Origin: Candidatus Fukatsuia endosymbiont of Tuberolachnus salignus
GTDB lineage: Bacteria > Pseudomonadota > Gammaproteobacteria > Enterobacterales > Enterobacteriaceae
NCBI RefSeq assembly: GCF_964030845.1
Contig: NZ_OZ034983.1
Span: forward strand, 1,650,737-1,682,736
DNA length: 32,000 bases
Direction of reading: 5' to 3'
Shown here: positions 1 through 11,361 of the stretch, one piece after another
How the letters are laid out: each line of letters starts with the position of its first letter
How positions within the stretch are numbered: the first letter of the stretch is position 1
Notes under the pieces: generated by a model
What the model was told of the DNA's origin: nothing
The model's database searches: none
The model's input: only the letters and a program-made list of their open reading frames with translations
Made by a program: the position numbers and the translations under genes

Positions 1-320
1 GCGTCAGTGTTCACGTCAATATGCAGCAGTAATACAGCGCGCTTTTCTGTGGGATCGAGGGCGATGATACCGCATTTGTTGTACGCTAGATTGGCGCACA
101 GTAGTTCTGCTAGGATCAGGGCACGTTCTGTATCAGGTATTGCGCCCAGATCGGCATAACAGTGTAAATAATCGGAATCGGGTATTGTTTCTATTAAAAC
201 CGTAGTTTCTCCGATTTCGAGTAAACATTGACCGTCGTCGTCAAATTTCAGCGTAGGAATACCCATACGCTTACCTAAACACTGTAATTGATATGATGCG
301 GGATCAAAATAGTCATTCAT
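1..320 (-). CDS. Type III secretion class I chaperone (CesT/SycE/SigE-like). The 3' end is cut by the window edge.
   Basis: Own translation of the minus strand from ATG at 318-320 gives MNDYFDPASYQLQCLGKRMGIPTLKFDDDGQCLLEIGETTVLIETIPDSDYLHCYADLGAIPDTERALILAELLCANLAYNKCGIIALDP... This is small, acidic, and has the 'L.FDDDG.C.L.I......I' then 'L..LL..N' pattern typical of T3SS effector chaperones. The ORF runs off the window start, so it is absent from the ORF track. Confidence 0.55.
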   Translation of the reverse strand, partial: MNDYFDPASYQLQCLGKRMGIPTLKFDDDGQCLLEIGETTVLIETIPDSDYLHCYADLGAIPDTERALILAELLCANLAYNKCGIIALDPTEKRAVLLLHIDVNTD

Positions 321-424
321 TATTGTTTCCTACTGTCTCGTCTATTTACTCGCTCAGTTTATTTAGACATAAAAATAAATAGCCATCTACTACTACAACT
401 GCGCGGTATCCATCAAAAAATTCA

Positions 425-447
425 AGCCACCGGCCAAGCCGGTGGCT
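425..447 (-). terminator. Rho-independent terminator downstream of the small minus-strand ORF
   Basis: Perfect 10-bp stem AGCCACCGGC (425-434) / GCCGGTGGCT (438-447) with a 3-nt loop. On the minus strand it is followed by TGAATTTTTTGATGG, which includes a T6 run. Confidence 0.6.
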
Positions 448-464
448 GTTGAGTTGTGCGGTTA

Positions 465-707
465 TTACCTTGTTACTAAGAAGGGGCTGCTTGGTGCCCA
501 TTTATTCTCTCTTCTTGTTGGCTTAGTATCTTTTAGCTGGTTAGCTGCATCAGAAGAGGAAGTTGCTTTTTCTTTAACACATACTTTTTTTTCGGTCATC
601 ATAAAAGGTTGATTTCCCCACCAAAGCTTGCAGTTACTAGCAGTCCAGGCAGAGCCTGACAACAATAGAAGCGGTAACATTTTCCAAAGGATCTTTATCT
701 TTTTCAT
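465..707 (-). CDS. Hypothetical small secreted or lipoprotein-like protein
   Basis: The internal start MKKIKILWKMLPLLLLSGSAWTASNC... gives a basic N-terminus and hydrophobic core like a signal peptide. The rest is Lys/Ser-rich. No recognisable family. A terminator lies directly downstream. Confidence 0.4.
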   Translation of the reverse strand: MKKIKILWKMLPLLLLSGSAWTASNCKLWWGNQPFMMTEKKVCVKEKATSSSDAANQLKDTKPTRRENKWAPSSPFLVTR

Positions 708-913
708 GTTATGTTTCTCTTTCTCTGTGAGTTCCAAAACCTGGTTTGATCTGTGCCCAGGCCACCCGTTTAAGAGTAGTCATAATAAAAACGGCGGGCT
801 AGTCTATTTATTATGGAAGATATATCACTATGTGGAGGAGTAACCGCGTTTGCAACGCCTGTAACAAAACATGACGCACGGTAGGTTTTTCGCTTGAGAA
901 CCAGTCAATGTGA

Positions 914-940
914 AATCGAGATAGAGGGTATATCTCGATT
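914..940. terminator. Hairpin just downstream of the ychF stop (possible terminator)
   Basis: 10-bp stem AATCGAGATA (914-923) / TATCTCGATT (931-940) with a 7-nt loop. A T-run is present only on the + strand side (945-950), so its function as the ychF terminator is uncertain. Confidence 0.3.
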
Positions 941-950
941 GACAGCTTTT

Positions 951-2042
951 TTACACATTAAACAAAAAATTTATTACATCACCATCTTTAACGACGTAAT
1001 CTTTTCCTTCGGCACGCATTTTACCCGCTTCTTTTGCACCTTGCTCACCTTGGTAGTGGATAAAATCGCCAAAGGCAATCGTTTGAGCACGGATAAAACC
1101 TTTCTCAAAATCGGTATGAATTTTAGCGGCGGCTTGTGGGGCTGTTGCACCCGCCGGAATTGTCCAGGCCCTGACTTCTTTGACTCCAGCAGTAAAATAG
1201 GTTTGCAAATTCAGCAAGTGATAACCCGCACGGATCACGCGGTTTAAACCTGCCTCTTCTAGACCGAAGTCTGCCATAAATTCGGCTCGCTCTTCATCCG
1301 CTAACTCGGCAATATCGGATTCTATCGCCGCGCAGACAACAACCACAGTCGCACCTTCTTGCTCTGCTATGTGACGTACCTGCTCCAAATAAGGATTATC
1401 TTCAAAACCGTCTTCGTCCACATTGGCGATATACATGGTTGGCTTTAACGTTAGAAAACTTAGGTAACGAATAGCGGCTTTATCTTCGTCGGTCAGTACC
1501 AGGGTGCGTAACATCTTTGATTTTGCTAGGTGTAACTGACATTTTTTTAACGCTGCTAATTCAATTTGCGCATCTTTATCACACCCCTTAGCTTTTTTCT
1601 CTACCCGTAGGATAGCACGTTCACAGGTCTCCAGATCAGACAACGCTAGTTCAATATTAATGGTATCAATATCTTCAGCTGGATCAATTTTACCTGCTAC
1701 ATGAACAATATTATCATTGGCAAAACACCGTACCACATGACCAATGGCATCGGTTTCACGAATATTAGTCAGAAATTTATTACCTAGGCCTTCGCCTTTG
1801 GACGCTCCCTTTACTAAGCCCGCAATATCAACAAATTCCATCGTGGTTGGTACAATACGTTCAGGTTTCACAACCTTGGCAAGCTGATCCAAACGTGGAT
1901 CGGGCATCGGTACCACGCCAGTGTTTGGCTCAATGGTACAAAATGGAAAGTTAGCCGCTTCAATACCTGCTTGTGTCAAGGCATTAAACAACGTGGATTT
2001 ACCCACGTTAGGTAGCCCGACAATACCGCATTTGAATCCCAT
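951..2042 (-). CDS. ychF: Ribosome-binding ATPase YchF
   Basis: [23 protein letters not shown]... contains the P-loop. Full-length 363 aa with end-to-end similarity to enterobacterial YchF. Conserved position next to pth. Confidence 0.97.
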   Translation of the reverse strand: MGFKCGIVGLPNVGKSTLFNALTQAGIEAANFPFCTIEPNTGVVPMPDPRLDQLAKVVKPERIVPTTMEFVDIAGLVKGASKGEGLGNKFLTNIRETDAIGHVVRCFANDNIVHVAGKIDPAEDIDTINIELALSDLETCERAILRVEKKAKGCDKDAQIELAALKKCQLHLAKSKMLRTLVLTDEDKAAIRYLSFLTLKPTMYIANVDEDGFEDNPYLEQVRHIAEQEGATVVVVCAAIESDIAELADEERAEFMADFGLEEAGLNRVIRAGYHLLNLQTYFTAGVKEVRAWTIPAGATAPQAAAKIHTDFEKGFIRAQTIAFGDFIHYQGEQGAKEAGKMRAEGKDYVVKDGDVINFLFNV

Positions 2043-2142
2043 GTTTTATATTACCTTAAAATTTATTGAGACAAACTTCTTATTAACCTTTTGAACGAAA
2101 TAACCCTCTGGATGAAGAGCAAAATAAAAGTTTCATGATAAT

Positions 2143-2736
2143 TCACCCATTGACTTTAAATGAATGCAAATGTTGTATCGCGCGATCCATACTTTCTTTG
2201 AAACACAGCTCAATACAATGGATAGCTGCACCAATAGCTTCATCAATCCGCTCTTTTTCACTGATTGGCGGTTTCCCTAAAACAAATCCAAGCACTTTAT
2301 TACGATCACCAGGATGACCGATACCGATGCGTAAACGATGAAAATTGGCAGTGTTACCCGTTAGTTTGCTTTGAATATCTTTTAAACCATTGTGCCCGCC
2401 GTTACCGCCACCGAATTTAAATCTTGCCACACCGGGCAAGAAATCCAGTTCATCATGAGCAACTAAAATTTCCTCCGGTGAAATACGATAGAAATTAGCC
2501 ATTGAGGCTACTGCCTTGCCACTCAAATTCATAAAAGTAGTGGGTACAAGCAGCCGTACCTCATGATTAGCAAGATTTATTCGAGCGGTATGTCCGTAAA
2601 ATTTACGTTCTTCCTGTAAGGATTGATGAGACTGTTCTGCCAGGCATTGCAAGAACCAGGCGCCGGCATTATGACGTGTTTGCGCGTATTCAATGCCAGG
2701 ATTTGCGAGTCCAACGATTAATTTTATCTGCGTCAT
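2143..2736 (-). CDS. pth: Peptidyl-tRNA hydrolase
   Basis: [28 protein letters not shown]...HDELD...GGHNGLKDI is near-collinear with E. coli Pth. Confidence 0.97.
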   Translation of the reverse strand: MTQIKLIVGLANPGIEYAQTRHNAGAWFLQCLAEQSHQSLQEERKFYGHTARINLANHEVRLLVPTTFMNLSGKAVASMANFYRISPEEILVAHDELDFLPGVARFKFGGGNGGHNGLKDIQSKLTGNTANFHRLRIGIGHPGDRNKVLGFVLGKPPISEKERIDEAIGAAIHCIELCFKESMDRAIQHLHSFKVNG

Positions 2737-2769
2737 CTTGATGTTCGTTATGGATTAATAGGCTAGCGC

Positions 2770-3720
2770 TTAATGTTCAAACATGGCAGAAATAGATTCT
2801 TCATTACTGATACGACGAATGGCTTCCGCGAGCATACTCGATAACGTCAGTGTATATACGTTTTCTAGTGCACTGATCTCATCTGATAATGGAATGCTGT
2901 CACAAACAATGATTTGGTCGATAACGGAATGTTTGATGTTGTCAACAGCACTACCAGAGAAAACCGGATGACTTGCATAGGCCAATACGCGTTTTGCGCC
3001 CCGTTTTTTTAATGCTTCTGCCGCCTTACATAATGTGCCTGCAGTATCGATCATATCGTCAATCAGCACACAATCACGGCCAGCCACATCACCAATGATA
3101 TGCATGACCTCAGACTCATTAGCACGAGGGCGACGCTTATCAATAATGGCCATGTCGGTGTCTCGTAATAATTTAGCAATAGCACGTGCACGGACCACAC
3201 CACCTATGTCTGGAGAAACAACGATAGGATTATCCAGATTTTGTCGTCGCATATCCTCCAGTAACACTGGGCTACCAAAGACGTTATCAACAGGAACATC
3301 AAAAAAACCCTGGATTTGTTCCGCATGCAGATCTACCGTCAATATGCGGTCAACACCCACATTTGACAAGAAATCAGCAACCACTTTAGCGGTGATCGGC
3401 ACTCGAGCAGAACGAACACGGCGATCTTGACGAGAATAACCAAAGTAAGGGATCACCGCAGTAATACGCCCAGCAGAAGCACGACGTAATGCGTCGATCA
3501 TAACCAGTAACTCCATCAAGTTATCGTTAGTAGGCGCACAGGTAGATTGGATGATGAAAATATCACCGCCACGTACATTCTCCTTGATTTCCACACTGAC
3601 TTCACCATCGCTAAAACGACCTACAGTGGCATTACCAAGGTTGATATGCAAACGGTTGGCAATTCGTTCTGCTAATCGAGGGACGGAGTTACCAGCAAAA
3701 AGCTTCACATTATCAGACAT
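2770..3720 (-). CDS. prs: Ribose-phosphate pyrophosphokinase
   Basis: 316 aa, highly similar to E. coli Prs along its whole length (...[21 protein letters not shown]...[13 protein letters not shown]). Confidence 0.97.
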   Translation of the reverse strand: MSDNVKLFAGNSVPRLAERIANRLHINLGNATVGRFSDGEVSVEIKENVRGGDIFIIQSTCAPTNDNLMELLVMIDALRRASAGRITAVIPYFGYSRQDRRVRSARVPITAKVVADFLSNVGVDRILTVDLHAEQIQGFFDVPVDNVFGSPVLLEDMRRQNLDNPIVVSPDIGGVVRARAIAKLLRDTDMAIIDKRRPRANESEVMHIIGDVAGRDCVLIDDMIDTAGTLCKAAEALKKRGAKRVLAYASHPVFSGSAVDNIKHSVIDQIIVCDSIPLSDEISALENVYTLTLSSMLAEAIRRISNEESISAMFEH

Positions 3721-3731
3721 TAATAAAAACC

Positions 3732-4640
3732 TCAGGTATGCGTCGAGACAAGATATTCGGAGAGAGTACGTCGCATCGACGAGACATTAGCCCCCTTTGC
3801 AACAAAGCCATGTAACCACTCCGGAGCGATATTTAACACCTCACGAGCCGATGACTCGGTGTCGAACTCAGCAAACACACAAGAGCCGGTTCCTGTAAGG
3901 CGTGACGGTGCGTATTCTAACAGCCATGAAAGAAGCTGTTCAACCTCGTGAAACCGTTTTCTCACGATTGGTTCACAGTCATTGGTAAAAGGAGCCGCTA
4001 AAAGCGTTGTCAATGAGCGAGTTGGTGTATTTCTTACCAGTTCACTATCAGAAAAAATCAGAGATGTTGCAATACTGATACCGGGGTGAGCGACCAAATA
4101 CCATTTTTCAGCAGGTGTTACCGGTTGCAATTTTTCGCCAACCCCTTCGGCAAATGCGGCTTGTCCGTGGATAAATACTGGAATATCAGCACCTAAGGTT
4201 AATCCCAGGGTAGCCAATTGCTTATCAGTAAAACCACATTGCCATAGATGATTCAAAGCAACCAGAACAGTAGCCGCATTTGACGAACCACCTCCTAATC
4301 CTCCTCCCATAGGTAAACACTTTACAACGCTAATATCAGCACCATAATTTTCGTTACAGGGTAACTTTTTTTGTGGTTGAGCTCCTTGTAACTGATCTTG
4401 TCGTAATACCTGTTTTTGTAACAAGCGTGCTGCTCGTACGATCAGATTTTGCTCTTGGTCAACCCCTGCCAAGGGAGTTAACAGACGAATTTGTTGATCA
4501 CGACGGGGTGTAATGATTAATTCATCGCCATAATCAAGAAATTGAAACAGGGTTTGTAATTGATGATAGCCGTCAGCATGTTGGCCAGTAACATAAAGAA
4601 ATAAATTAAGTTTTGCTGGGGAAGGCCATATCTGTATCAT
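3732..4640 (-). CDS. ispE: 4-diphosphocytidyl-2-C-methyl-D-erythritol kinase
   Basis: [39 protein letters not shown]... and the GHMP kinase motif [15 protein letters not shown] prefer the ATG at 4640 because it makes an ATGA overlap with the lolB stop. The ORF track start at 4652 is a TTG. Confidence 0.93.
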   Translation of the reverse strand: MIQIWPSPAKLNLFLYVTGQHADGYHQLQTLFQFLDYGDELIITPRRDQQIRLLTPLAGVDQEQNLIVRAARLLQKQVLRQDQLQGAQPQKKLPCNENYGADISVVKCLPMGGGLGGGSSNAATVLVALNHLWQCGFTDKQLATLGLTLGADIPVFIHGQAAFAEGVGEKLQPVTPAEKWYLVAHPGISIATSLIFSDSELVRNTPTRSLTTLLAAPFTNDCEPIVRKRFHEVEQLLSWLLEYAPSRLTGTGSCVFAEFDTESSAREVLNIAPEWLHGFVAKGANVSSMRRTLSEYLVSTHT

Positions 4641-5260
4641 TTTAGCGTCCAATTATCCATTTTTAATTTGATACGTTTTTCTCCTTCTCCCGATTTAACC
4701 TGTCTCAATTCGATGCGGCTGGGTAACTGTAGGGTAGGGCCTGTATTATAGTTCTGATAACTCACCAACCATGTTTGATCGTCTTGCTGATAATTGATCT
4801 GTTTTAAGCGATATTGATTATCTAACGTAAAATCATGGCTATCACCGGGCAAGCCGACGATCCATTGGCGCAGATTGTCCAGCGGGAGTGACATCCCAGT
4901 GAGTTTCTGCATCATCTCTTGCGGATTTTCACTAAAATAACGTTTTCCCTGATTATCGATCAACAAAGTCACTGTGGGTTCTACGCGTAATTCAAATTCG
5001 GTCGTGCCTAAAGGGCTAGTAAGCACTAAACGGTAGCGTTCTTTTGAATATTGTTGCCAGAAAAAGCGGGTGTAGACCTTTTGTTGATCAGAAAAATAAG
5101 CCAAAGCGCCGCTTATCTGGAATTGGTCAACCTGCTGTAACTGCTGCTCATGTTGGCGCCATTGAGATGAGTTTGGATCCGTTGTCGTAGAAACGGGTTG
5201 TAATGTAGTACAGGCCGTCAATATCAAGCTGATCAGGGGAAGTGTGCGATATTTATGCAT
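4637..5260 (-). CDS. lolB: Outer-membrane lipoprotein LolB
   Basis: [17 protein letters not shown] has the lipobox LTAC. The conserved order lolB-ispE-prs is kept. AAGAGG sits 4 nt upstream of the ATG at 5260. Confidence 0.9.
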   Translation of the reverse strand: MHKYRTLPLISLILTACTTLQPVSTTTDPNSSQWRQHEQQLQQVDQFQISGALAYFSDQQKVYTRFFWQQYSKERYRLVLTSPLGTTEFELRVEPTVTLLIDNQGKRYFSENPQEMMQKLTGMSLPLDNLRQWIVGLPGDSHDFTLDNQYRLKQINYQQDDQTWLVSYQNYNTGPTLQLPSRIELRQVKSGEGEKRIKLKMDNWTLK

Positions 5261-5426
5261 GAAACCTCTTGTAAAACCCACGTTCGTTATATGAAATTAA
5301 CGTGATCAGAGAAACAGAATTAATCGGGATACGCATGGTACTGATACTCCGGTGTGACTTCTATTGGTGCACTGTATTAAGTAGAATAATAACAAACCTT
5401 ACAAACATCAGTACTAAATCATTCTC

Positions 5427-6698
5427 ATGACACTGCTTACATTAGGCATCAACCATAAGACCGCCCCGATATCATTACGTGAACGGGTAAATTTTTCACC
5501 TGAATCTCTTAACCACGCGCTAAACAGTTTGCTTAAGCAACCCTTGGTGCGTGGGGGAGTATTGCTGTCTACTTGTAACCGCACTGAATTGTATCTTAGC
5601 GTAGAGTGGCGAGATAGTCTGTATCAACAGCTGATTGCCTGGTTATGTCATTATCAACGACTGAGTCCAAATGAAGTGGTCACTAGTCTGTATTGGCATC
5701 ATAACAACGATGCTGTCAGCCATTTAATACGTGTTGCCAGTGGGTTGGATTCAATGGTACTGGGAGAACCACAAATATTAGGTCAGGTTAAAAAAGCGTT
5801 TGCTGCCTCTCAGCGTGTTCAGCCTTTACCTGGTGAATTAGAGCGTTTATTTCAGAAAGCTTTCTCAGTAGCTAAACGAGTACGTACAGAGACCGATATT
5901 GGTGCCAGTGCGGTTTCTGTGGCTTTTGCTGCCTGTACGTTGGCCAGGCAAATTTTCGAGTCATTGCCCGAGCTAAGTATTCTTCTGATCGGGGCAGGTG
6001 AAACCATTGAACTGGTTGCTCGTCATTTAAGTGAACATAAGATTAAACGGATGGTAATCGCTAATCGTACGCAGGAGAGGGCGTTGTCTTTAGCCAGTAA
6101 AGTGGGCGCAAAGGCCATTACCCTAGGTCAGATAGAACATTGTCTGGCTGACACAGACATTGTCATTAGCTCTACCGCCAGTTCATTGCCTATTATTGGT
6201 AAAAGTATGGTTGAATATGCATTGAAAATCCGTCGTAATAATCAACCAATGTTATTTGTTGATCTTTCTGTACCACGTGATATCGAGCCGGAAATTGCCA
6301 AATTGGCCAACGCTTATCTGTACAGTGTCGATGACTTACAAGCTATTATCCAGCATAATTTGCTCCAGCGTAAAACGGCAGCTATTCAGGCTGAATCGAT
6401 AGTACAACAGGAAAGCGTTAATTTTATGATTTGGCTGCAATCGCAAGGCGCTATGGAGACAATTCGTAACTATCGTATTCAAGCCCATCAGCTACGCACT
6501 GATATGACAGCTAGAGCCTTGGCAGCTGTTGAACGTGGTGAAAATGTGGAGCAGGTTATTACGCAATTAGCGTATAAACTGACAAATCGTCTTCTCCACA
6601 TGCCAACCAAATCCCTCCAGCAAGCTGCCAATGAAGGGGATACGGCGCGTTTACAATTATTATGCGAAAGCCTGGGGCTAGATCAACAGGTTGAGTAA
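5427..6698 (+). CDS. hemA: Glutamyl-tRNA reductase
   Basis: [21 protein letters not shown]...STCNRTELY...: collinear with E. coli HemA and divergent from lolB as in E. coli. Confidence 0.97.
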   Translation: MTLLTLGINHKTAPISLRERVNFSPESLNHALNSLLKQPLVRGGVLLSTCNRTELYLSVEWRDSLYQQLIAWLCHYQRLSPNEVVTSLYWHHNNDAVSHLIRVASGLDSMVLGEPQILGQVKKAFAASQRVQPLPGELERLFQKAFSVAKRVRTETDIGASAVSVAFAACTLARQIFESLPELSILLIGAGETIELVARHLSEHKIKRMVIANRTQERALSLASKVGAKAITLGQIEHCLADTDIVISSTASSLPIIGKSMVEYALKIRRNNQPMLFVDLSVPRDIEPEIAKLANAYLYSVDDLQAIIQHNLLQRKTAAIQAESIVQQESVNFMIWLQSQGAMETIRNYRIQAHQLRTDMTARALAAVERGENVEQVITQLAYKLTNRLLHMPTKSLQQAANEGDTARLQLLCESLGLDQQVE

Positions 6699-6766
6699 AC
6701 AAAAAATTTTAATAACTTGTTCCAAATTAACTCTTTTAATTTTTTAATTAAGGTCAAAAATCATCG

Positions 6767-7849
6767 ATGAAGCCTTCTATTATTGCCAAATTGCAAGCGT
6801 TACAAGAGCGTTATGAAGAGCTGGAAGTACATCTTAGCGATGCACAACTGATTGCCAATCAGGATCGTTTTCGTGCTTTATCACGTGAATATGCACAACT
6901 AGGTGATGTAACTCGCTGCTTTAAACAATGGTGTTGTGTTCAGGATGATATTGAAACAGCAAAAACGATATTAGAAGATCCTGAAATGCATGAAATGGCG
7001 CAAGATGAGTTGAAAGCTGCCAATATCCAAAATGAAGAATTAGCACGACAGTTACAATTGCTGTTATTACCGCGAGATCCTGATGATGAACGTGGCTGTT
7101 TTTTAGAAATACGTGCCGGGACCGGCGGTGATGAAGCGGCTATTTTTGCCGGCGATATGTTTCGTATGTATAGCCGATACGCAGAAGCGCGCCGTTGGAA
7201 AATTGAAGTGATGAACCTCAGTGAAGGAGAGCAGGGCGGTTATAAAGAAGTGATCGCTAAAGTCTCTGGAGAGGGCGTCTATGGTCAATTAAAGTTTGAA
7301 TCCGGTGGACATCGGGTACAGCGCGTGCCGAAAACGGAATCACAAGGGCGTATTCATACATCAGCCTGTACCGTGGCAGTCATGCCAGTGATCCCCGAAG
7401 CTGAGTTGCCCGAAATTAACGCCGGTGATTTACGTATTGACACTTTTCGTTCTTCTGGTGCGGGTGGGCAACACGTCAATACTACTGACTCCGCCATTCG
7501 TATTACGCATTTACCGAGTGGCATTGTCGTGGAATGTCAGGATGAACGTTCACAACATAAAAACAAGGCCAAAGCCATGTCAGTTTTAGCCGCACGTATC
7601 CGCGCGGCAGAAATGCAAAAAAGACAGCAAGCAGAAGCCTCCGAGCGGCGTAATCTCCTGGGTTCAGGAGATCGCTCAGATCGTAATCGTACTTATAATT
7701 TTCCACAGGGGCGGGTAACTGATCATCGTATCAACCTAACACTGTACCGTTTAGATGAAGTGATGGAAGGTAAACTAGAGATATTAATTGAGCCGATTGT
7801 GCAAGAGTATCAGGCTGATCAGCTTTCAGCTTTATCCGGACAAGAATGA
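6767..7849 (+). CDS. prfA: Peptide chain release factor 1
   Basis: 360 aa with the GGQ motif ([14 protein letters not shown]) and the PxT-type domain. hemA-prfA-prmC operon order is kept. Confidence 0.97.
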   Translation: MKPSIIAKLQALQERYEELEVHLSDAQLIANQDRFRALSREYAQLGDVTRCFKQWCCVQDDIETAKTILEDPEMHEMAQDELKAANIQNEELARQLQLLLLPRDPDDERGCFLEIRAGTGGDEAAIFAGDMFRMYSRYAEARRWKIEVMNLSEGEQGGYKEVIAKVSGEGVYGQLKFESGGHRVQRVPKTESQGRIHTSACTVAVMPVIPEAELPEINAGDLRIDTFRSSGAGGQHVNTTDSAIRITHLPSGIVVECQDERSQHKNKAKAMSVLAARIRAAEMQKRQQAEASERRNLLGSGDRSDRNRTYNFPQGRVTDHRINLTLYRLDEVMEGKLEILIEPIVQEYQADQLSALSGQE

Positions 7850-8685
7850 TGGATTATCAACACTGGTTGGCAATGGCGGCTAGCCGGTTTATCGACAGTG
7901 AGAGTCCGAAACGCGACGCTGAAATTCTACTGGGTTTTATCACAGGTCGATCACGCAGCTTTATATTGGCCTTTGGTGAAACTCTTTTGACAGCAGAACA
8001 GCTAGCACTATTGACCCCTTTAGTTCATCGTCGGCAGCAAGGTGAACCCATTGCCTATTTAATCGGCCAACGCGAATTTTGGTCGTTACCATTAACCCTG
8101 TCTGCTACTACCCTGATCCCACGTCCAGATACAGAATGTTTGGTTGAGCAAGCACTGTCTCATTTGCCGCGCGCCGCTTGCAGTATTCTGGATTTAGGAA
8201 GCGGTAGCGGGGCGATCGCATTGGCTTTGGCGAGTGAGCGCCCTGATTGTACAGTGATAGGTGTTGATATTAACGCCGATGCTGTCGCCCTGGCGTGTCA
8301 TAATGCGACAAAACTGGCACTGAATAACCTGAGTTTTATTCAAGGAAACTGGTTTGCGCCACTAGACCAACGTTTTATGTTAATCGTCAGTAATCCGCCC
8401 TACATCGATGCCAACGACCCGCATCTTGCTAAGGGCGATGTACGTTATGAACCCCCTCAGGCGCTGATCGCGGAAGCAAATGGCATGGCAGATTTGATCA
8501 CTATCGTACAGCAAGCACCTTACTATATCGCTGCTTCTGGCTGGTTGCTAGTGGAACATGGTTGGAAACAGGCCAAGCAAGTACAAGCTTTATTCTGTAA
8601 AACCGGATTTAATTCAGTAGTCACTCATAAAGATTACGCTGGTCATGACAGGATCACGCTTGGTCAATGGAATTTAAGTCAATAG
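7846..8685 (+). CDS. prmC: Release factor glutamine N5-methyltransferase (HemK)
   Basis: SAM motif [13 protein letters not shown] and catalytic NPPY. ATGA overlap with prfA. Confidence 0.93.
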   Translation: MMDYQHWLAMAASRFIDSESPKRDAEILLGFITGRSRSFILAFGETLLTAEQLALLTPLVHRRQQGEPIAYLIGQREFWSLPLTLSATTLIPRPDTECLVEQALSHLPRAACSILDLGSGSGAIALALASERPDCTVIGVDINADAVALACHNATKLALNNLSFIQGNWFAPLDQRFMLIVSNPPYIDANDPHLAKGDVRYEPPQALIAEANGMADLITIVQQAPYYIAASGWLLVEHGWKQAKQVQALFCKTGFNSVVTHKDYAGHDRITLGQWNLSQ

Positions 8686-8778
8686 TATTTTGGCAGTAAA
8701 TAAATCAACACTGTGTAGTGATGATACATTAAACTGACAGCGACGAAACTACCACTCTGAACTACGAATGAGATATCT

Positions 8779-9588
8779 ATGAGTACCATTGCTGATTTTG
8801 AATTCAACACTGCGCCCCTGAGTGAGGGAGTGCTATTGGTTACCAAACAAATTCGTCAGAATTTTCCGCTGACTGATGTCTATAGACGCCTGCAACAATT
8901 GGTTGAGGATGCACGCTTAGCAATGCCCAAAAAACTCAATCAAGATCAGCAATTAGAAGTTCTTATCGACCTGTTTTATAACAAATGGAAATTTGAAGGC
9001 GCTGGGGGTGTTTACCGTCTGTCAGATGCCTTGTGGCTGGATAATGTATTGGATCAACGTCAAGGAACTCCCCTCTCATTGGGTGTCATTTTCTTGCATA
9101 TCGCACATCAGCTGGATTTGCCATTAATGCCGGTTATTTTTCCAACTCAATTAATTCTCCGTGCGGATTGGTTAGATGAAGAGATGTGGCTGATTAACCC
9201 GTTAAATGGTGAAACACTGAATGAACATGTGTTAAACGTATGGATTAAAGGCAATTTAGGCGAATACGCTGAACTAGAAGATCAAGATCTGGATGAAGCT
9301 GAAAACACGATAATTGTGCGTAAAATGCTCTACACACTGAAAATTGCATTGATGGAAGAAAAACAGATGGAATTAGCCTTACGTGCCAGTGAAGCAGTAT
9401 TGACTTTCGACCAAGATGATCCTTATGAAATTCGTGACCGTGGTTTGATCTACGCCCATCTTGACTGTAATCACATTGCCATCTCTGATTTAAGCTATTT
9501 TGTTGAACGGTGTCCGGAAGATCCTATTGCTGAGATGATAAAAATGCAAATTTACTCGATTGAACGGCAGCGCGTTATCTTACACTGA
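8779..9588 (+). CDS. sirB1: SirB1 (YchA) family protein, transglutaminase-like/TPR
   Basis: 269 aa, the same length and position (between prmC and kdsA) as E. coli SirB1/YchA. No sirB2 (ychQ) ORF is present in the 93-bp gap upstream. Confidence 0.75.
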   Translation: MSTIADFEFNTAPLSEGVLLVTKQIRQNFPLTDVYRRLQQLVEDARLAMPKKLNQDQQLEVLIDLFYNKWKFEGAGGVYRLSDALWLDNVLDQRQGTPLSLGVIFLHIAHQLDLPLMPVIFPTQLILRADWLDEEMWLINPLNGETLNEHVLNVWIKGNLGEYAELEDQDLDEAENTIIVRKMLYTLKIALMEEKQMELALRASEAVLTFDQDDPYEIRDRGLIYAHLDCNHIAISDLSYFVERCPEDPIAEMIKMQIYSIERQRVILH

Positions 9589-9649
9589 ACCCGCTAACGC
9601 AATAGGTTTTGAATAGGCTCTTAAGAGGTTTATTCTGATTCATCTTTAA

Positions 9650-10544
<895 letters not shown>

Positions 10545-10562
10545 TGCCTTAAATATTAAATA

Positions 10563-10652
10563 TGGCGGTGAGAGAGGGGTTCGAACCCTCGATACGCTTT
10601 CACGTATACACACTTTCCAGGCGTGCTCCTTCAACCACTCAGACACCTCACC
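10563..10652 (-). tRNA. serW/serX-like: tRNA-Ser (anticodon GGA)
   Basis: The reverse complement reads GGTGAGGTGTCTGAGTGGTTGAAGGAGCACGCCTGGAAAGTGTGTATACGTGAAAGCGTATCGAGGGTTCGAACCCCTCTCTCACCGCCA. It has class II features (long variable arm), anticodon loop CUGGAAA, T-loop GGTTCGAA and an encoded CCA. It is near-identical to E. coli tRNA-Ser(GGA) as I remember it. Confidence 0.93.
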
Positions 10653-10700
10653 GTTCTTTCTCATTATTCATAACTGTGTTGTGTGTTACAACGCGGCGCT

Positions 10701-10729
10701 ACTATAGGGATCAAGACGCTTGGGGTCAA
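10701..10729 (-). promoter_or_regulatory. Sigma70 promoter for tRNA-Ser
   Basis: On the minus strand: TTGACC (10724-10729), a 17-bp spacer, then TATAGT (10701-10706). A GC-rich discriminator AGCGCCGCG follows, typical of stringently controlled stable-RNA promoters. It lies about 45 nt upstream of the mature 5' end. Confidence 0.55.
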
Positions 10730-10839
10730 GTTGAATTTGCTGGTCATTGTGATATAGGCTATTCATATATTTTAACAATAATTAAATATAAGTTATTATT
10801 AATAATGATATAAGGTTGCAGTTTTACTATGGAGATTTT

Positions 10840-11283
10840 ATGAAAGTCACATCAAATCCAAGTTTTACTGTTACTCCCACCCGCATAGAGCCTATCGATG
10901 CTGAGGTCGCCCTCTTAAGAATTGCTCAAGAATTTATGACTGAGCATAGCTTATCTCCGGAGAATCCGGAAAATCAGGAAGATAGATCGCACATTATCCA
11001 TCGGTATATGTGCTTTTTGGCTGATGATCACTTATTAACAGAAGACGCAAAAATCACACCTCAACAGCAAGGGCAAGTTCGAGGGTGGTTTATTAATATT
11101 ATAAAAGGGTCATTTCCTAAGGCCGAAAATAACACAGAACGGGCAGGTATTCTGTTTAATTCCCTGTGTCTAAAAAGTATAGCATTTGCTGAAAGTCCAT
11201 CATCTTTTCATGAAGAAAGCTTCGAACAAACAAGGGATCAAACAAGAAAAACTTTCCGGGAAAACTTTTCTTCAGTAGATTAA
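10840..11283 (+). CDS. Hypothetical protein (orphan)
   Basis: ORF with GGAG 5 nt upstream of the ATG at 10840 (MKVTSNPSFTVTPTRIEP...). I recognise no family. It is preceded by a very AT-rich region next to the tRNA gene. Confidence 0.5.
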   Translation: MKVTSNPSFTVTPTRIEPIDAEVALLRIAQEFMTEHSLSPENPENQEDRSHIIHRYMCFLADDHLLTEDAKITPQQQGQVRGWFINIIKGSFPKAENNTERAGILFNSLCLKSIAFAESPSSFHEESFEQTRDQTRKTFRENFSSVD

Positions 11284-11307
11284 CTTTCTAAAATATCAGA
11301 GACCTTG

Positions 11308-11341
11308 CCGTTCAATAGTCAAAAACCAAGCTATTGAACGG
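11308..11341. terminator. Hairpin between convergent genes
   Basis: 11-bp perfect stem CCGTTCAATAG (11308-11318) / CTATTGAACGG (11331-11341) with a 12-nt loop. There is no clear T tract on either side, so terminator function is tentative. Confidence 0.35.
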
Positions 11342-11361
11342 ATCCTGTGTGCCTGTCTAGG

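Noticed and set aside
894-1247. A 117-aa + strand ORF, and many similar 60-130 aa ORFs lying antisense within ychF, pth, prs, prfA, kdsA, rsxD, nth, fumC and manA (for example 2135-2317, 3035-3430, 7103-7288, 10180-10470, 12757-13023, 15550-15768, 30027-30314, 31134-31385).
   Set aside because: They lie entirely inside, and antisense or out of frame to, strongly conserved full-length housekeeping genes. They have low-complexity or odd composition and no RBS. These are typical shadow ORFs.
10683-10697. Possible additional Ter sites, based on the GTTGTAAC core on the minus strand at about 10686-10693, and the GTTACAAC core at about 18035-18042 inside rnb.
   Set aside because: Only the 8-bp core matches and the flanking Ter positions (GTAT..., ...TAAAG) do not. 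This is expected by chance in 32 kb of AT-rich DNA.
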